From assembly GCA_964016885.1 (NCBI GenBank), contig OZ024746.1, positions 44,764,001 to 44,828,000 of the forward strand: 64,000 bases of DNA, given 5' to 3'. The translations under genes were made by a program, and so were the position numbers. The first letter of the stretch is position 1. Every line of letters begins with the position of its first letter. Positions 58,973 to 64,000 of the stretch are shown here, one piece after another. The stretch is from Eledone cirrhosa. Lineage: Eukaryota. Under the pieces are notes generated by a model. The model was not told the DNA's origin and ran no database searches. It saw nothing but the letters and a program-made list of their open reading frames with translations.

Positions 58973-60415
58973 TAGAAAGGATGAATATAAAATGAAAGTG
59001 CTTTTTTTAAAAAAGGAATTTATTAGGTATTGACATATGTTTCTGTAACAGACGGAATACCTATGTATCGCTGCTTGCGTAATCATATAATGTTAGCAAG
59101 TATTCGATAGCAAATGTATAATCAGTTGTCACTTCTTCAGAGATTTTGGATAAATTGGATAAAATCAGAAAAATTGAAGTATTTATATTAGTAATAGAGG
59201 AAGAAACAGAGGGGATAGTATATGACAGATGGTAAATTACTGCTAAACAAGTATATAATGGGTTTCTAATGAGAATACCATGAGTAAATCTAAATAAGAA
59301 TTTTGGGAGTGCCAATTTTAATCTCTACTTGACCAACTGGACAGTGGACAGGGCTGGTCATTTGGTGCAGTAGTATAAATTATAAAGTGTCAATTGGGGA
59401 AGGGGGAGATTTCGATTGCTACTAAATATTGTTAACATGAAAACCAGCGTTATGTAACAACACTCGCAGAAAAAGGCTTGGCAGCTGCGTGAAAATAACC
59501 AACAATTTCACCTAAAATGGGATATAATAGCGGCTTCCCCCCCCCCCATATTCCCATGGACAGGAATTTTGTAAATTATGTAATGTAGAATTAGTTTGTA
59601 TTATGAAATCCAAAAACATTTTATTAAATAACAGAATAGAGCGATCGTTATACTGTAACCATCGCTTAAAATCTACATTTTCATATTATAAATACTACCA
59701 GGATTGAACGCCTGTCTCTATCCCCGTTTGATTGTCAAAATAGATATTAACATTCTTTATTAGTCTTAATTCTATCAACTCTTCTATTATTTACCTTTTA
59801 ATACAAACTGCTATAGATAAAATGAGATTTCTGATTTCTTGGTTCAATTCCCTAATGCATATACCAGCAGGCTACTAGCATTGATGTTATTTAGTAGCAA
59901 TCGAAATCTCCCCCTTCCCCAATTGACACTTTATAATTTATACTACTGCACCAAATGACCAGCCCTGTCCACTGTCCAGTTGGTCAAGTAGAGATTAAAA
60001 TCGGCACTCCCAAAATTCTTATTTAGATTTACTCATGGTATTCTCGTTAGAAACCCATTATATACTTGTTTAGCAGTAATTTACCATCTGTCATATACTA
60101 TCCCCTCTGTTTCTTCCTCTATTACTAATATAAATACTTCAATTTTTCTGATTTTATCCAATTTATCCAAAATCTCTGAAGAAGTGACAACTGATTATAC
60201 ATTTGCTATCGAATACTTGCTAACATTATATGATTACGCAAGCAGCGATACATAGGTATTCCGTCTGTTACAGAAACATATGTCAATACCTAATAAATTC
60301 CTTTTTTAAAAAAAGCACTTTCATTTTATATTCATCCTTTCTACATTTTCTCCGGAATATAATTTATACTCGTTGAGCAAACCTGCACGTACGCTGTCCA
60401 TCTCTAACGTAACGA
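58973..60415. mobile_element. Large fold-back element with ~455-bp arms (58973-59428 and 59889-60343) plus tail
   Basis: Near-identical inverted arms, a 460-bp spacer, and a (TA)n flank. Confidence 0.85.
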
Positions 60416-60445
60416 TATATTATCACTACATTATTGATAACCTGA

Positions 60446-60616
<171 letters not shown>

Positions 60617-61065
60617 TTAATTCATCTCCCTATGGAAATGTTTCTAATTTTAGTTGCATTCCTATGTATATTTACAAGACTTCAGTAATGGAAATGTGTA
60701 TATGATGACATCATGTGTGGTACCCTTTGCCAATTATATCAGACATTTGAATTTTATTTGTTTCCCTGCGTGAGATGGCATGGATTTGCGTTCTTCATCA
60801 TTAGTATTTGTGACATGTGTCCATCACCCTTTTCTTTCAACTTATTAATATTGTCGGATTTTCCAATCTATTAAGCTACTATACACTTACGTCTGTCACT
60901 TTACCCATTTTGAGTCAGATGTTGGTTACTAGAGGCAATTTCGTCAATTATCTTCGCAATCTTCTATTTTCACTAGCTGAAAATATCTGATTCGCTTTAC
61001 ACATAGACTTGTACAGATTGGGAGAAGGTATTTTAAATATTAACTTATCTGCGTCTCAATATCGG

Positions 61066-61177
<112 letters not shown>

Positions 61178-61277
61178 GTGTGTATGTATGTATATACAGG
61201 TATATATCCCTACAGCCCTGTAATGATGCAAATTATTTCTTTAATATGCTTGGGGAATATTATTTTTGCTACAATTT

Positions 61278-61462
61278 GGGCGGTGGATTGGCAGTATCGG
61301 TAGAGGGTCGGACGCCATGCTTTCCAGCATAGTTACGTCCCTTTACGATCTGAGTTCAAATCCCGCCGAGGTTGACTTTGCCTTTCATCCTTACGGGGTC
61401 GATAAAATAAAGTACCAGTAATGCACTGGATAATTGCTGGCCTTGTGCCTAAAGTAGAAACA
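61278..61462 (+). mobile_element. tRNA-derived SINE with 17-bp target-site duplication (partial copy at 61580-61682)
   Basis: A-box tggcagtatcgg, B-box gagttcaaatcc. TSD attatttttgctacaat at 61259 and 61463. Confidence 0.92.
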
Positions 61463-62899
61463 ATTATTTTTGCTACAATCAATATTATTTCAGTCCGCGT
61501 TTGAAAATCCACTTCACGATATAACTATGTTAATATAACGTTCTTTGCATTTCGAGTATGATTAGTACATTCTGACATTATTCGAGGTTAACTTTGCCTT
61601 TCATTCTTACTGGGTCGATAAAATAAAGTACCAGTAATGCACTGGTTAATTGCTGGCTTTATACCAAAAGTAGAAACAATTATTTCTTATTTCGTTTTTT
61701 ATTGTTGTTTTTAGATTAATCAGTTATATACGTGCCGCTTATCTAATTAATCCGTTTACATTCTATTCATTACATTAGGTATGTTGATTATCTATATATA
61801 AATTTGAGCGACTTCCGTCCGTCACACAATGTGTGTGTGTTTGTGTGGATGTATGTGTGTGTAAAGGGAAGGAATGGGTTGCTGAATAAACTATAGCAAA
61901 ACATTGGTTGACGTTCCATTTGCTACGCTGTGCGTGAGTGTATGTGTATATGTGTGTTTGTGTAAATGTATGTGTGTGTGTGTGTTTGTGTGAATGTATG
62001 AGTTTGTTTGTGTGAATGTATGTGTGTGTTTGTGTGAATCTATGTGTATTTGTGTGAATGTATGTCTGTGAGTGTGTATTTTTAAAAGTGTGTCTATATT
62101 TACGTGTTTATAATTATATACTCATACATATTAATGTATGCATATCCACATACACGTCAGCGTGTTGAAAAACATTCTAGCAATTTATACCTCTGGTGTA
62201 ATGAAACATCATTGTTCTCGGTTAATTAGTATCTATTACTCTTGTATTAAATTCTAATCTGTTCCATTTTAACAATGTTCTCTTTCCCTCTCTCATTTGA
62301 GATCTTATCTATTCTTGATTATTCGTGGAATCATTTATATATTTATATATTTGTACTTGATATAGATTTATTTTCTTGTTCATACAAGGCGTACGATATA
62401 TCTTTATTATTGTATATTCATTTCCGATTATGTTTAGTACATATTCTAAACCAGCTATTATCCTCACATTAGGTTGTCTTAAGGGAAACTTAAAATTGAT
62501 TTCTATACTTTGCACAAAACGTTAAATACTTTTATAAAAAATGGTGACTGATCAACTTCCTATGGTATTTATATACATATTTCGTTTGATTTAGAATTGT
62601 TTTAAATATTGTTATATTTGTGGTTGGTCATGTTGACAAACGATTCAATTAAAATACATCGATTTTCATACAACCTTATTATTAGTTAATGCTAGTTAGT
62701 CAAAATTCTTTCGTCACACATCCTGTGACCCCCTTTTTTTCTCTGCCTCTTCTTCTTTCTGCTTTTATTTTGTTGACTTTATCTTGTCATTAAGTGTTAC
62801 GTTTCCGGGTCTGCGCATATGGTTTTATCTTATGTGCGTATGTGGATCTGTATATTTCCGTGTTTGTGTCTTCCTAAGGGATTTTGTTATGTGTCCGAT

Positions 62900-63480
62900 T
62901 CTGTCTTCGGGTTTTCGGTTGTTGGGTGAGGCTGTTATTAGTCCATTCTTGTTTGCTCTAGAAGTTCAGTCTACTCTCCTAATATCAGTGTTGCCTCTGT
63001 AATTTGTCTGACCATTGTGTTGGTTCTATATGTGGATAGGATCCTTACTTCAATGTTATCTATTGAGCCTCCATGTTCCAGTTTAGCCTGTTGTTATAAC
63101 CCTTTCGAGCATTTCTCCCGTTTGAGTTATCACCAGTGTTTCTTCATTCTCTCTCCTATGCTGTAGGTATACACTGCATTTTTAGTCTTCCAGGTTACTC
63201 CTTAGACAGTTAATATCGGTACAGGGGTTTCCGTAAATGGATATATCCTACTGATGAGGGATTTTAAGGGAGTTCTTGTTTTTTCCAACAACTTTAATTA
63301 TTAGGTTTAGTTTATCTAAGTGTCTGCTAAATATTTCAATATTGCTGCAACATGTTACATGCTCTGGCTATGTGTTTTTCCTGACGCGGTCAGTAGTCAA
63401 ACATCGTCTCTAATATCCTCAAATGAAATATAAATGTAGCTGATCAAAGTTTCATGTCGTTGATATAAATGGGACCGTGG
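62900..63480 (-). pseudogene. Degenerate PLE GIY-YIG fragment from a different family
   Basis: IGERMKKH...EHGGSIDNIEVRILSTY..NTMVRQITEATLI...KQEW. Confidence 0.6.
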
Positions 63481-63527
63481 TTCTGTGCCAGGAATTATAT
63501 ATATGTTGTCATTATTGTACATAGAAG

Positions 63528-63711
63528 GGCGGTGGATTGGCAGTATCGGTAGAGGGTCGGACGCCATGCTTTCCAGCATAGTTACGTCTCTTTACGATCT
63601 GAGTTCAAATCCCGCCGAGGTTAACTTTGCCTTTCATCCTTACGGGTTCGATAAAATAAAGTACCAGTAATGAACTGGGTAATTGCTGGCCTTGTGCCTA
63701 AAGTAGAAACA
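63528..63711 (+). mobile_element. tRNA-derived SINE with 17-bp target-site duplication
   Basis: Same family as 61278. TSD attattgtacatagaag at 63511 and 63712. Confidence 0.92.
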
Positions 63712-64000
63712 ATTATTGTACATAGAAGAAACTGGTAGAATTGTGAGCTGAATAATCAAACAATATTGTGGGGTTTACGGTTATATGAAATTCATACATT
63801 GGTGGGAAAATGAATATCTCATGTTTGGAATTAAATACCAGAGTTGCGAACGTTACATGTTGAATACAAAAGAGTCCTATTAACAGATAATTACTTATAA
63901 TGATTAAAGTGGCAGAACAGCTTCATTGATGGATTGACTAACACCTCAGCCAGATCACATTCACATACTAATGAAGAGACTCAGCCAGATCACATTCACA

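Noticed and set aside
61278-61365. tRNA gene
   Set aside because: The A/B boxes belong to a multi-copy SINE with target-site duplications; there is no full cloverleaf.

Overview
AT-rich eukaryotic, repeat-dominated, apparently intergenic or intronic DNA. It is dense in (TA)n/(CA)n/(TATG)n/(GATA)n microsatellites, and the SINE and LINE content resembles a mollusc/cephalopod genome (inference). No host gene can be called with confidence, and most listed ORFs are microsatellite artefacts. Recognisable elements: an RTE LINE with C-terminal C2H2 fingers; two tandem Tx1/L1-type LINEs in (GATA)n plus a third fragment; two Penelope-like elements (PLEs) with inverted pseudo-LTRs; Dong/R4-type fragments; two Helitron-like elements, one keeping a spliced RepHel 5' end; a mariner relic; and tRNA-derived SINEs. 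The main unexplained signal is roughly 18 type I hammerhead-ribozyme (HHR) motifs, read by eye, from at least 7 different sequence families. Most sit in small non-coding fold-back elements inserted in (TA)n. There is also a near-perfect 3x591-bp tandem array, retrozyme-like, in which every unit carries an HHR with a compensatory U3-A8 core and a palindromic stem III. All folds are manual and none has been tested for activity.
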